A stretch of 64,000 bases of DNA, from positions 800,524 to 864,523 of the forward strand of contig CBDAOB010000005.1 in assembly GCA_965197905.1 (NCBI GenBank). Direction: 5' to 3'. The translations under genes and the position numbers were made by a program. The stretch is from Candidatus Latescibacterota bacterium (lineage in GTDB: Bacteria; Latescibacterota; UBA2968; UBA8231). The first letter of the stretch is position 1; each line of letters starts with the position of its first letter. Shown one piece after another: positions 17,913 through 27,285 of the stretch. Below the pieces are notes generated by a model. That model was not told where the DNA came from and searched no databases. It saw nothing but the letters and a program-made list of their open reading frames with translations.

Positions 17913-19507
17913 CTGGCATACAGAAAAAACCGGAACAGACGAGGAGAAAACGCCCCAAGAACATGCGGGGCAGCATAAGGCAAAACTCCGGCGCCTGGAG
18001 GCCCATCGTTGATGTGACCGATGTGTATCCCGGCACCCGCGGCATAGATCGTCGCGGCGTGTATAACCTGTACGATGCGCCTATAGGCGTCCATCTCAAG
18101 GTTGAGGAAGCGGTCAAGGCAGGACCTCTATTGGAAGCGGAGATGGAGTGGGAGACAGAAGGGATCAGCCCGCTCTACATGTGGCAAGAAGACCAGCGCT
18201 ACCACATGCTCTACGGAGCATCGCCGAACGGTGCCTGTTATGCCGTCAGCGAAGATGCCTACCACTGGACTCGTCCGGAAATGGGTTGGATAGAGTTCAA
18301 CGGTTCAAAGAAGAATAACATCATCCACAAAGAGCTACAGGGCTCGCAGGGGTTCTTCGAGGACCCGTCGGCTCCGCCGGAGGAGCGGTTCAAGACCATG
18401 GGTGGCGGCATTAGGGGCTGGCTCGACCCGGACACCAATGAGCCCTTGAGTGTCGACGAGGCCCTGAAACGGGCGGAAGCCATGCAATACCAGGGAGCGG
18501 CGTACAACGGACCGAGGGCGGTAACCGGGGGGAAAACCGTCGGTCTTACATCTCCCGACAGGCTCCACTGGAAGCAAATGGAGGAACCCCTGGCCGACAG
18601 GAAGGTGAATGGCGCCATCTCTGCCTGCTACGACCCTCACAATGGGGAATACTACGCCTATCTCCAGATAATGGGATTCCCGGCGGAGGAGCCGAAGGCG
18701 ATCGGCACGGCCTCTGTTGAAGAAGAGACTCAGCTCAGGACGATTGGCCTCTCCAGGACCAAAGATTTTCGTCGCTGGCCCGCGCCCAAGCTCATTATTG
18801 AGCCCGATGCTCAGGACGACCTGGACATCGATTTCTACGGTGCCAACTACTTCCCCTATCCCGGTCACAGTGACCTGCACGGGATGTTGATACCCGTCTT
18901 TCATCGGACAACGGATCACATGGACGGCCAGATCGCCTTCAGTCACGATGGGCTGTACTGGAGCCGCCCCGAGCGTCGGGCGATTATCACGGTAGGAGCT
19001 CCAGGCAGTGGCGACGACTGCATGGTCCATTTCTGGCGTGCGGGTATACTGGAGTTGCCCGATGGGTATTGGGGCACGCCCTACACGGGTGCCTCTAGGT
19101 TGCACACCGTCAGCGATGAGTATGCGGATGCGCTTTTCCCGTCGCGCCGTCCCACCGACATTCGATGGGCCCGCTGGCGACCACACCGGTTTTGCGGCGT
19201 GGAGGCCGACATTGAGGGACGGTTCACCATACCCACCCTGTACCGACACCATGACCAGTTGAAGCTCAACTACCGGTGCAAGCCGGGGGGTTGGATCAGC
19301 GTGGAGCTTATTCAGGCCACGCCCGGGATTCGGCCCGATGTAGACGGCCTATCAAAGTTCACCTTCGCCGAATGCGACCGGTTGACGGGGGACCGGGAAG
19401 ATCAGGCTGTCACCTGGAAGGGCAGAAGTGATATCTCCGGAATTGGCGAGACCATCGTCATCCGGTTGAAGATGTTCCAGGCCAAGCTGTTTGCCTACCA
19501 GGTGTGA
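17909..19507 (+). CDS. GH32/43/68-clan-like beta-propeller protein with C-terminal beta-sandwich (function unknown), no signal peptide
   Basis: VSEDAYHWTRPE and FSHDGLYWSRPE are S-x-D-G-x-x-W-type blade motifs. The C-terminus IVIRLKMFQAKLFAYQV resembles that of 55153-56586. ATG 17909 overlaps the upstream stop (ATGA) and follows GGGAGAG. Confidence 0.55.
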   Translation: MTGIQKKPEQTRRKRPKNMRGSIRQNSGAWRPIVDVTDVYPGTRGIDRRGVYNLYDAPIGVHLKVEEAVKAGPLLEAEMEWETEGISPLYMWQEDQRYHMLYGASPNGACYAVSEDAYHWTRPEMGWIEFNGSKKNNIIHKELQGSQGFFEDPSAPPEERFKTMGGGIRGWLDPDTNEPLSVDEALKRAEAMQYQGAAYNGPRAVTGGKTVGLTSPDRLHWKQMEEPLADRKVNGAISACYDPHNGEYYAYLQIMGFPAEEPKAIGTASVEEETQLRTIGLSRTKDFRRWPAPKLIIEPDAQDDLDIDFYGANYFPYPGHSDLHGMLIPVFHRTTDHMDGQIAFSHDGLYWSRPERRAIITVGAPGSGDDCMVHFWRAGILELPDGYWGTPYTGASRLHTVSDEYADALFPSRRPTDIRWARWRPHRFCGVEADIEGRFTIPTLYRHHDQLKLNYRCKPGGWISVELIQATPGIRPDVDGLSKFTFAECDRLTGDREDQAVTWKGRSDISGIGETIVIRLKMFQAKLFAYQV

Positions 19508-19569
19508 ATCGGCAGTGTGGGGGATGCTATCGAAGGAGCTCGCGCCAGAACGCCGACGACGGCCGCAGC

Positions 19570-20691
19570 CTATACCTGGACGCTCAGTCGGTGCGTGCGG
19601 ATACGGCCCTGACCTTCTTCGATCGCCCAATGAGTTGCTAGCACCTCGTCGTTGTCCAGGCGCAGGAGCGAAGCTTGACCGAATTTGAGGTTGTGCCCCA
19701 TGGTCGAATAGGCGGCCACTTTCATCGGGGGGGCGTTGCCCCATATCTTGGTTTCCTCGACGATGCGCCAGCGGTCATCGGCCAGATCGACAATTCTCAC
19801 ATGCAACCCGATATCCTCCCCTTCACGGTGGCAGTGAATCGTCAGCAGGATATCATCTGCCCAGTGTATCAGGTTCGAGGCCTGTCCCCAGACGCCCGTA
19901 TCAATCGGATCGGACCAGGTCGCTCCACCATCGTGGGACACCGTGATGTGGTTGGCCAGGTTCGTCCCCTTGACGTGGTCCATCATCCACACCAGGGAAA
20001 CGATGCGATCGTCCTGCATTTCGCACAATCTTGGCTCCGACGGCGCATAGTGTCCTGCAGGGTCCACGAAGAAGTTGGTTCGGTCGTCCCAGGTTTCGCC
20101 GTTGTCCTCGCTGCGGAACAGAGCTCCGACAAAACCGCCTGGATTGCTGCCGTCCCACATGGGGAACAACGAACCGGCTCCCAATAGCACCCCGCTGCGC
20201 AGCTGAATCGCCGGCCCGGATTGTTCGATCAATTCAGTGCGTGTCCGGGGCATGATGCTTGGAAAAGACCAGGTGTGCCCTTCGTCGTCTTGGGAAAACG
20301 AGATCAGGTTGTCACCACCGCGTATGCCGTCCACATTCGGGTCGGGGTTAGCGATGGTCTGGTCCGGGTCGGTGCGGTGAAGCCGAAAACCGATGGCCAT
20401 CAACCTGCCGTTTTGCAACAGTGTCGGTTTCAAGTAGTCGGAATCGTGGCGGTGTTCGTCGTCCTTCTCGTGCAGGGGACCTTCCAGATTCCACGTTCGC
20501 CCCTCATCTTTTGAGCGCGTCACAACCGTTGTATTATCAGTCGCTTCAAACGCTTCACCCAGGGTGAACATGCCCAATAGGTCACCCGACGGCAGCTTCT
20601 CCAGGCCGGGAAAGATGCCGTGACGGGATCGATTATAAGGCTGCGGGTTCTCGTATACAACGTGATGGTCGAGGACTTCAATTGCAGCCAT
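19570..20691 (-). CDS. BNR/Asp-box repeat, sialidase-like beta-propeller, no signal peptide
   Basis: 373 aa. Asp-boxes SKDEGRTW, SQDDEGHTW, SEDNGETW and SHDGGATW. Confidence 0.8.
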   Translation of the reverse strand: MAAIEVLDHHVVYENPQPYNRSRHGIFPGLEKLPSGDLLGMFTLGEAFEATDNTTVVTRSKDEGRTWNLEGPLHEKDDEHRHDSDYLKPTLLQNGRLMAIGFRLHRTDPDQTIANPDPNVDGIRGGDNLISFSQDDEGHTWSFPSIMPRTRTELIEQSGPAIQLRSGVLLGAGSLFPMWDGSNPGGFVGALFRSEDNGETWDDRTNFFVDPAGHYAPSEPRLCEMQDDRIVSLVWMMDHVKGTNLANHITVSHDGGATWSDPIDTGVWGQASNLIHWADDILLTIHCHREGEDIGLHVRIVDLADDRWRIVEETKIWGNAPPMKVAAYSTMGHNLKFGQASLLRLDNDEVLATHWAIEEGQGRIRTHRLSVQV

Positions 20692-21066
20692 GCCGGTCTC
20701 CTGGTTTAATCGTTTCTTCGAAAGCTAACTATACGGCGGACGAAAGCGTCAGACAACGGGCCCTCGGGCGCGCGCGATCGCTCAAAATGCCATGCAGGGC
20801 TGAATCGTCCGATTCCGGGCGGTTGCATCTCGAATAAAGTTGATTCTTGCCGATCAATTTATTATCTATGTATTCGATTCAAATCTGTAAACATTCTCCG
20901 CAAATTGTCTTACAAGACGCTCGAAGCCGCCTATCGCGGTGTCATGTTTTTCCAACTCGCTGTGGTCTCGAAAGGAGGTGATGCAGAAAAGACCCGTTGT
21001 AATGATTCTAATTCCCAATATTGTCGCAAAGAATAAGAGTTACACGAACCTCAAAGGAGGATTTCC

Positions 21067-23025
21067 ATGAAGTTACCTCGATTTGGCTTTTGCGCTCTGG
21101 CGCTGAGTGTGCTCGTCACGGGAATTGCCTGGGCGGAGTCCTTTCCAAGGCCCGTGGGACCGCCGGAAAACTTCGAAGAGCTCATTCCCGACATCACCAA
21201 CGCAACGCCGAACCCCCTGCGCCTGAGCACCTCGAACGTCCCCTACAACGGCAGCGGCGACGTGAACATTCCCTTCACGTTGAACCAGCGTGCCAGGGTG
21301 TGGATCGCCATATATGAGGTCGGCTCCAGCGAGACCGGTCCGAGCGGTCCCAACGGGGCCGTGGTCCGCGCCCAACCTCAGGCCAAGTTCGTGGCGGTGG
21401 CTCCCGTTTCCGGCGGCGCCGTCTTCCAGGCCGGCAACAACACCGCTAGGTGGGACGGTCGCGACTGGAACGGTCAGCCGGCGGGCGCTGGCAACTATGA
21501 ATTCGACGTCATAGGCATCAACAACCTTGACCTGGCAGCGGTGGTCGGGCCCAGCGCCGCCAATCCCCCCGACCCCATCTTCGATCTACGCAGCAACGAA
21601 ATCTGGGTCCATGCCACCGGCGGACAACCGTCTCCAGATAGAGGACAGTTTTGGGGGACGATGTGGCGCGGCACCCTGGGCACGGACTACCTTGCCAATC
21701 CCACGGGCTATGAGACCTGGAATTTCGAGGAGTCGCTCCAGATGATCGAGACCGCCACCTCGACTGGCGGCATTCGCCCGGATGCGGCGGATCCGACTTC
21801 ATTCTACATCTCAACGTGGACGGGCGAGCCGGCTAACGGCGTCTACAGGATGAAACGGAATGACAGCGCCAAGACGTTCGATCGGGACCCGTCGTTTGCC
21901 GATAACGGCTTTTCTGTACTGCCGTTGCCCGCAGGGGAGCGGGCCATGCAGCTGTCGATCTGGAAGGACAAACTCTATACGGCAAACTGGAGCACCCAAG
22001 AGGTCCCCGCCCCCTCGTTTTCGGTCTGGGACAAGGCCACGGGTGAATTCCTCCAGAATGTCGACCAGCATCGGGAGTTTTTCTACCAGTTCAACGTCGA
22101 CGAAAACGGCAACGAGACCTTCGGTGCGGGTGGTCCTACCTACGTCGCCATCAACGAAACCGGCCTCTGGGTGGTTGGCTGGCGGGGCACCAGCATGATC
22201 AAGGTCGATCACGACTTCGACCTCATCTGGGCCAACGGCCCGGGAGACCGGTTCGGCGACCAGATTTCCGCCGAGCGCGCTGCCCAGCTCGGGATTACGG
22301 GTGACGCTGCCGAAGGCGGATTCTCCCTCGTCATCAAAATGATCCCGGAAGCGGGCGGCAGATTGGCGTTCGGCAGCCCGCTGGCCAACGCGCAGGGCGT
22401 GTACCGCTTCATCGTGGGCCGCGACGGCGCGGGAATAATCAAACTTTTCATGGATCCCCAGATCGGGCCGTTCAGATTGATCGCCGACCGCAACACCGCC
22501 ATTCTCCAGAACAACTGCTCCGCGCAGGGTGGCGATCTCTACTGCGCACCTAACCGCGGTCCGGGTCCGTATGACGGCCTGATCTTCGACACCCGATACG
22601 ATCTTCAAACCCACTCCTACAGGTCGTTTGAAGCGTCTGATCCCCGCACTCCCGCGATGGCCATGCACGTCCCGTTTGACATCCAGACGGGGAGAATGCG
22701 TGCCAATGTTACGGCTGTCGAAGAGGTGGAAGGTGCCGGCACGCCGGACAGCTACAATCTGGGAGCCGCTTATCCCAACCCCTTCAATCCCGAGACCGCC
22801 ATCGACTTTGCCGTGCCGGCTGACAGCCACGTGAAGATCGACCTGTTTAATGCGGCCGGCCAGCTGGTGGACACGCTCGTGGACAATTTCAAAACCGCGG
22901 GTGCCTACAAAGCCACCTGGAATGCGCGCGATTCGAACGGCCAGCCCGTTTCGAGCGGCGTCTATTTCTATCGCATGCAAGCCGGTGATTTCTCGGCGAC
23001 GCACTCGATGACGCTGCTGAAGTAA
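21067..23025 (+). CDS. Secreted protein with N-terminal FlgD-Ig-like domain and T9SS-type (Por_Secre_tail/FlgD-Ig) C-terminal domain
   Basis: Signal peptide MKLPRFGFCALALSVLVTGIAWA. C-terminus YPNPFNPETAIDFAVPADSHVKIDLFNAAGQLVDTLV...WNARDSNGQPVSSGVYFYRMQAGDFSATHSMTLLK. Strong RBS AAAGGAGGA 6 nt upstream. Confidence 0.85.
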   Translation: MKLPRFGFCALALSVLVTGIAWAESFPRPVGPPENFEELIPDITNATPNPLRLSTSNVPYNGSGDVNIPFTLNQRARVWIAIYEVGSSETGPSGPNGAVVRAQPQAKFVAVAPVSGGAVFQAGNNTARWDGRDWNGQPAGAGNYEFDVIGINNLDLAAVVGPSAANPPDPIFDLRSNEIWVHATGGQPSPDRGQFWGTMWRGTLGTDYLANPTGYETWNFEESLQMIETATSTGGIRPDAADPTSFYISTWTGEPANGVYRMKRNDSAKTFDRDPSFADNGFSVLPLPAGERAMQLSIWKDKLYTANWSTQEVPAPSFSVWDKATGEFLQNVDQHREFFYQFNVDENGNETFGAGGPTYVAINETGLWVVGWRGTSMIKVDHDFDLIWANGPGDRFGDQISAERAAQLGITGDAAEGGFSLVIKMIPEAGGRLAFGSPLANAQGVYRFIVGRDGAGIIKLFMDPQIGPFRLIADRNTAILQNNCSAQGGDLYCAPNRGPGPYDGLIFDTRYDLQTHSYRSFEASDPRTPAMAMHVPFDIQTGRMRANVTAVEEVEGAGTPDSYNLGAAYPNPFNPETAIDFAVPADSHVKIDLFNAAGQLVDTLVDNFKTAGAYKATWNARDSNGQPVSSGVYFYRMQAGDFSATHSMTLLK

Positions 23026-23056
23026 ACGCGGCTTTACGTTTGGTGTGGTTGCGGTA

Positions 23057-23093
23057 CAGGGGCAGATCGCACGATCTGCCCCTGTTTCTCTTT
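23057..23093. terminator. Rho-independent (bidirectional) terminator between convergent genes
   Basis: A perfect 12-13 bp GC-rich inverted repeat CAGGGGCAGATCG/CGATCTGCCCCTG (23057-23084) is followed by TTTCTCTTT. It lies in the 117-nt gap between the stops at 23025 and 23143. Confidence 0.75.
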
Positions 23094-23142
23094 ACCCTGC
23101 GTGGATGCGGTGTCGGTCGTCTGTTACCGGATTAACGACAAC

Positions 23143-26133
23143 TCAGAGCGGGCGTCCGAACTCAGTGAAACCGACCACCGTCCGCACATAGAAGCTCCAT
23201 AAATCTACGTTTCGATCCTTCAGAGAGATCTGATCAAAACTCACCCTGTCTTTGTTGAATCCGACGATCGTCACCAGCTCGTAGCCGAAATAGTTCGAGC
23301 GATTTCTGAGGGAACCAAAGAACGTGCGCTGCTCGAAGCTGAGTCTTCTGTCTGTATGGTTCTTGCGCCGGTATGGCACCGGACCTAGACCCTGAATGCC
23401 AGCTGCCAGCGACGTCCGGCGCAAAAGTGGATACTCCAGCCGCAGAATCGGTACGGAGCGATATTCTGACTGCAGTCGCACGTCGCGCTCCCGGTCGATC
23501 GAGCGCAGGATCATGAACTTGTACTGGGGCGTCAAGCCCAAGGAGCCCCAATACACGGGATACTGAACTCGGCTCACCCAGGTCCAGAAATCCAACCGTC
23601 GATCGCGCTGGAAGTTGCCGTTGTAGAGCCGTCCACCTTGCTGCCAGTTGAAACGCAGGCGCAGCTTCTGCACGACCTCCAGCTTCGACCAGGGCCTGAG
23701 ACGGCCTTCAAGATAGGTGTCGCTCACGAAGCTGTCGCGGTAGAACAACAGATCCGGTATGAAGTCGACGAAGGTGAAAACCGGAAGGCCGAAACCGGAG
23801 TCGGTCGCTGGCGCGTTGAAGATCCCGCGCTGACGGTAGGCCCCTTGTCGAGTCCCGACGTCTGGATCGAAGGTCATGATCTCGTCGGGGATATCATCCT
23901 GTACCCGGCGGATGCCGCTCTCGAAAGAGAGCCGCTGCAGCCGCCCGCGTTGCTCGCGGCGATAGCTCAGCAGCCCGTAGGTGGAGCGGTTGCGGCCGCC
24001 CCCGGCTATCTCTGCCACCTCGTAGCGACCCACACCTGCGGACCAGCGCGGCGTCAGCTGCCACTGGCCGAACAGATGCCAGCCGCGCTGGTCGTAGTCG
24101 TACGGATAGTCGACATCGCCGTCGTCTTCGCGCGGATCGGGCTCGTTGTTGTTGTTGCGATCGAGCCCATACACGTAGCTGTTGGGCTCCACGTCGAACA
24201 TCAGAAACGGCTCGTCGTAGTCGGGGACTCGATTGAGATTGCGATTGATGTCGGGGCCCCCGTCATTGTCCTCGTCCTGATTCAGCCAGACGCCGTCGAG
24301 GTCGGTGCCGACCTGGTCCGGACTGACCGCCACCGGATTGCCGAACTGGCGGTCGGGATCGCGGTCGCCATCGTCGTTGTCTTCCACCAGCTGCCAGTAC
24401 ATGCTACTGTTGATCACGGCCGAAAACATGCCCAACCAGAGAGGGGTTTCGTTGTGCAGGTAGGAGCGCATCTCCGTCTGAAACCCTGGATCTATGGAGA
24501 ACAGCTCACCGCCCACCAGCCCGCGCTGAAACCGATGCACGGCGTTGAGGAAGTAGGCCGCACCTCGATGGTTGAAACGCGGTGCGTCATCAAACGCCGG
24601 TTGCCCACCCACTCGGGCAGGGTAGCGGGAATACAGACTGGAGCGCGCATACTCGCCGTGGATCTCCAGGCTCGACAGCACCAGTTGCACGTCGGCACTG
24701 TAGACGAACTGGCCGGTGTTCTCCCCCACCGAGAACCGCACCCGTCTCAGGTTCGACAAGTCCCTTACGTTCCCCTCGGCGCGCAGGACGACGTGATAGT
24801 AGGTGGCGTTGAATCTGTCAGCGTGAGCGGTAGCAATCTGATTCACGGCGTACAACATCGCCACATCCACGTGGTAGTCGTTGCCCAGCAATGCATCGAC
24901 CTCCACCGACTTGACGGAGGGCTCGGCTGAGAGATCGAATACGTATACCAGTTGGTTTTCGCCGTCGGCACGGAGCTCGCGTTCGGGCGCGTGCAGCTCG
25001 TAGGTGGTTTCCAGACCTGCTGCATTGGCCATTTTGCTTACATCGACGCCGTCAGCATGATCGATTCGCGTCAGGTAGTCGGCATAGAGCGGAAGATCGC
25101 GTTCCCTATAGAAGGTCTCGTTGAAAAAGCCCGTGCCCCCGGTAGAGGCCGTCAACCGGTTGTATGGTAGAGGGCTGAATTTCCCGGTGACGACCGAAAC
25201 AAAACCGACCTGCACCGGAGGATCGGCCGTATGGCCGATTACCCGAGGTATCAGGTCCCGGCGCACTTCGCCATCGATCAACAGGTGCACGTCCCGCACT
25301 ACCGCACCGCCCGTGTCGTCGTCCGGCGAGTCGTCTGTAAAACGGACGAGAAGGTACTCCGTCATGGGCTGGTCCGGCTTCAATCGCCCCTTGAGGCTGT
25401 TGCCCGGCTGGGTGCTCTGGTATACGTGCTGGTTGACCCAGTTGAGCCCTATCTGAAGACGGCCCAGGTCCACCTGCGCCCGACTGCCCGAAAGCAAAGT
25501 GGAATCGTCGGCAAAATGGGTCTTTGTTTCAAAGGCGCTATTGAAGAGCCTGGCTCGGTCCTTGGGCCGCTCCTGCCTCGATGCCAGCCCTGTGATTTTC
25601 AAATAGGGTGTGGAAACATCCAGGCGCGCGCCGTTGTAATTCACCTTGGACAGCGTCAGCGGGGTGAAGCGGGCGATCAGGGCGTCGCCGACGATCATGT
25701 TGTATCCCCACCGTCCGTAACCGTCGCTGCCCGCCACCACGTAATCGAACGCGTTGGGCCAGGTACCCCCTGACTCATCGAGGCCGAATTCCTTGAAAAT
25801 GGCACTCCCATATTCCTGACCCAAGACGCGCGTCTCCTCCCATCGGTACAGATCGTACCCGGTCACCAGGTAGTTCCCCATGAAGTCGTAACGGGATTTC
25901 GGCGTGTCCACGTAGGGAAACATGTGGCCAGGGGAGTTGGTGATATTCTGGTGGGCGTAGTTGTGGTAAGCAGGCCGTGTCCAGCGCAGAAACGGACGCG
26001 CGGTGGTTACCTCCTCGAGGCGCTCAGACACGTCGGCGCCGGCGGTCTCTGAGATCGTCACGGCGAGGCAGACGATTCGGATCAGTCTACACGCACGGTC
26101 CCGGATGGGGGAAGACTTGGGCTGCGGACGCAA
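23143..26133 (-). CDS. Very large putative outer-membrane protein with an Asp-rich Ca-binding-like segment
   Basis: The ORF is open to 26505, but that start would overlap the divergent gene at 26396. TTG 26133 gives MRPQPKSSPIRDRACRLIRIVCLAVTISETAGA-DV, which is signal-peptide-like. The C-terminal third has alternating-hydrophobic strands ending ...YVRTVVGFTEFGRPL. Start uncertain (26133-26352). Confidence 0.7.
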   Translation of the reverse strand: MRPQPKSSPIRDRACRLIRIVCLAVTISETAGADVSERLEEVTTARPFLRWTRPAYHNYAHQNITNSPGHMFPYVDTPKSRYDFMGNYLVTGYDLYRWEETRVLGQEYGSAIFKEFGLDESGGTWPNAFDYVVAGSDGYGRWGYNMIVGDALIARFTPLTLSKVNYNGARLDVSTPYLKITGLASRQERPKDRARLFNSAFETKTHFADDSTLLSGSRAQVDLGRLQIGLNWVNQHVYQSTQPGNSLKGRLKPDQPMTEYLLVRFTDDSPDDDTGGAVVRDVHLLIDGEVRRDLIPRVIGHTADPPVQVGFVSVVTGKFSPLPYNRLTASTGGTGFFNETFYRERDLPLYADYLTRIDHADGVDVSKMANAAGLETTYELHAPERELRADGENQLVYVFDLSAEPSVKSVEVDALLGNDYHVDVAMLYAVNQIATAHADRFNATYYHVVLRAEGNVRDLSNLRRVRFSVGENTGQFVYSADVQLVLSSLEIHGEYARSSLYSRYPARVGGQPAFDDAPRFNHRGAAYFLNAVHRFQRGLVGGELFSIDPGFQTEMRSYLHNETPLWLGMFSAVINSSMYWQLVEDNDDGDRDPDRQFGNPVAVSPDQVGTDLDGVWLNQDEDNDGGPDINRNLNRVPDYDEPFLMFDVEPNSYVYGLDRNNNNEPDPREDDGDVDYPYDYDQRGWHLFGQWQLTPRWSAGVGRYEVAEIAGGGRNRSTYGLLSYRREQRGRLQRLSFESGIRRVQDDIPDEIMTFDPDVGTRQGAYRQRGIFNAPATDSGFGLPVFTFVDFIPDLLFYRDSFVSDTYLEGRLRPWSKLEVVQKLRLRFNWQQGGRLYNGNFQRDRRLDFWTWVSRVQYPVYWGSLGLTPQYKFMILRSIDRERDVRLQSEYRSVPILRLEYPLLRRTSLAAGIQGLGPVPYRRKNHTDRRLSFEQRTFFGSLRNRSNYFGYELVTIVGFNKDRVSFDQISLKDRNVDLWSFYVRTVVGFTEFGRPL

Positions 26134-26346
26134 CCGCCAGTTTCGTGGAAAAGCCACTGAATCCGTCTGAGTTTTTTGTGCCAAAGCCAATTGTCTCGGG
26201 TATTTGTACCCCAACCGACTCGAGGCAGACATCCACGACCTTTTCGACAGAGAGTGAAATTCCAACAGAATAACGCTAACGCTTGAGATCAGAGAAAGGA
26301 AAGATCGTCGAGGTAACCGGCGTGGGCGGCAATTGCCTGGGTTTGG

Positions 26347-26375
26347 TTGCATGGCACACCCCTGATGAGTAGAAT
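26347..26375 (+). promoter_or_regulatory. Candidate sigma-70-type promoter for the 26396 operon
   Basis: TTGCAT (26347-52), a 17-nt spacer, then TAGAAT (26370-75), 20 nt upstream of ATG 26396 with GAGAGGAG in between. This is a pattern match only. Confidence 0.3.
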
Positions 26376-26395
26376 AGTTCGGTCGAGAGGAGCCC

Positions 26396-27238
26396 ATGAA
26401 CGTCGCCCAGATCGTCATGCACATGCAGATCGATGGGTTTTGCGTCATCCCGGGGGTCATCCCGAAGGATGAGGTGTCGCACGTGCTCGAAAGCATCGAG
26501 CGCACGACGAAGATGTTGGCCCCTGAGCGCTTCCCCGAAGATGGCGAGGAACCCAGTCAGTGGACCGATCCCGACTTTGTTAAGAGCGGAAAAGAAGCGC
26601 GGCCGCGAGGTTTACTCAACCACGACCAGTCGTTTGTCCCCTACCTTTGCGAACCGCGCCTGGCAGGCGCGCTCGAGGCGCTATTGGGTCCGCATTATCT
26701 GGCCCAGGACTGCGGTGTGGCGGTCAGTATCGGCCTCAGGCGGCGCGGGTTGCATTGTGACTGGCCTTACAATCAAAACGGGGATATCTCCGGCAAACTC
26801 CTCAAGCAACTCCCTGAGATACCTGTCCTCATCAACACCCTGTGGATGCTGACGCCCTTTTCCGAAGAAAATGGTGCTACGGCCGTGGTCCCCGGCAGCC
26901 ATCGATACGGAAAACCCTCCGGCGCCGCTGTTGACCGATTGGCGCGCTACCCGACGGAGTTGCAGGCAACAGGCGAGGCTGGCAGCGTGCTCATGCTCGA
27001 TGGCCGCACCTGGCACAGCATCATGCCTAACAGCTCCGGCAGGCGGCGTTCCTGCCTGATATTGCGCTGGATCCCGTGGTGGTTCAATATGGGGCTCTGC
27101 TGTGAGGGATCGCTCGAGCGACAGCATTGGATTGACCTCGGCTACACTATGCGGACGGAGCCACTCGTCAAGCCCGATGTCTACGACCGGCTACCATCCA
27201 ATGTAAAGCAGTTTTACCGTCACTGGGTCGAGTCATAG
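26396..27238 (+). CDS. PhyH-family Fe(II)/2OG dioxygenase
   Basis: 280 aa. Motifs DGFCVIPGVIPKDEV, LHCDWPY (H-x-D), ENGATAVVPGSH and WHSIMPNSSGRRR. Confidence 0.85.
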   Translation: MNVAQIVMHMQIDGFCVIPGVIPKDEVSHVLESIERTTKMLAPERFPEDGEEPSQWTDPDFVKSGKEARPRGLLNHDQSFVPYLCEPRLAGALEALLGPHYLAQDCGVAVSIGLRRRGLHCDWPYNQNGDISGKLLKQLPEIPVLINTLWMLTPFSEENGATAVVPGSHRYGKPSGAAVDRLARYPTELQATGEAGSVLMLDGRTWHSIMPNSSGRRRSCLILRWIPWWFNMGLCCEGSLERQHWIDLGYTMRTEPLVKPDVYDRLPSNVKQFYRHWVES

Positions 27239-27285
27239 CCGGCAAGAGATTCGACGATCCACTCCATCATAAAGGTTGGCGAGAA

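Noticed and set aside
20760-21040. A minus-strand frame reading ...EKHDTAIGGFERLVRQFAENVYRF, which resembles the N-terminus of an ECF sigma factor.
   Set aside because: Only about 20 residues are similar. They are followed immediately by stops in all continuations, the upstream part is hydrophobic and unlike a sigma factor, and there is no ATG. The evidence is too weak to call.
26134-26505. The annotated ORF-track start (26505) of the giant OM protein, giving 1120 aa.
   Set aside because: It would overlap the divergent PhyH gene start (26396) and its promoter-like element. It would also add about 120 residues of low-complexity, non-signal sequence. An internal TTG/GTG start (26133-26157) yields a plausible signal peptide.
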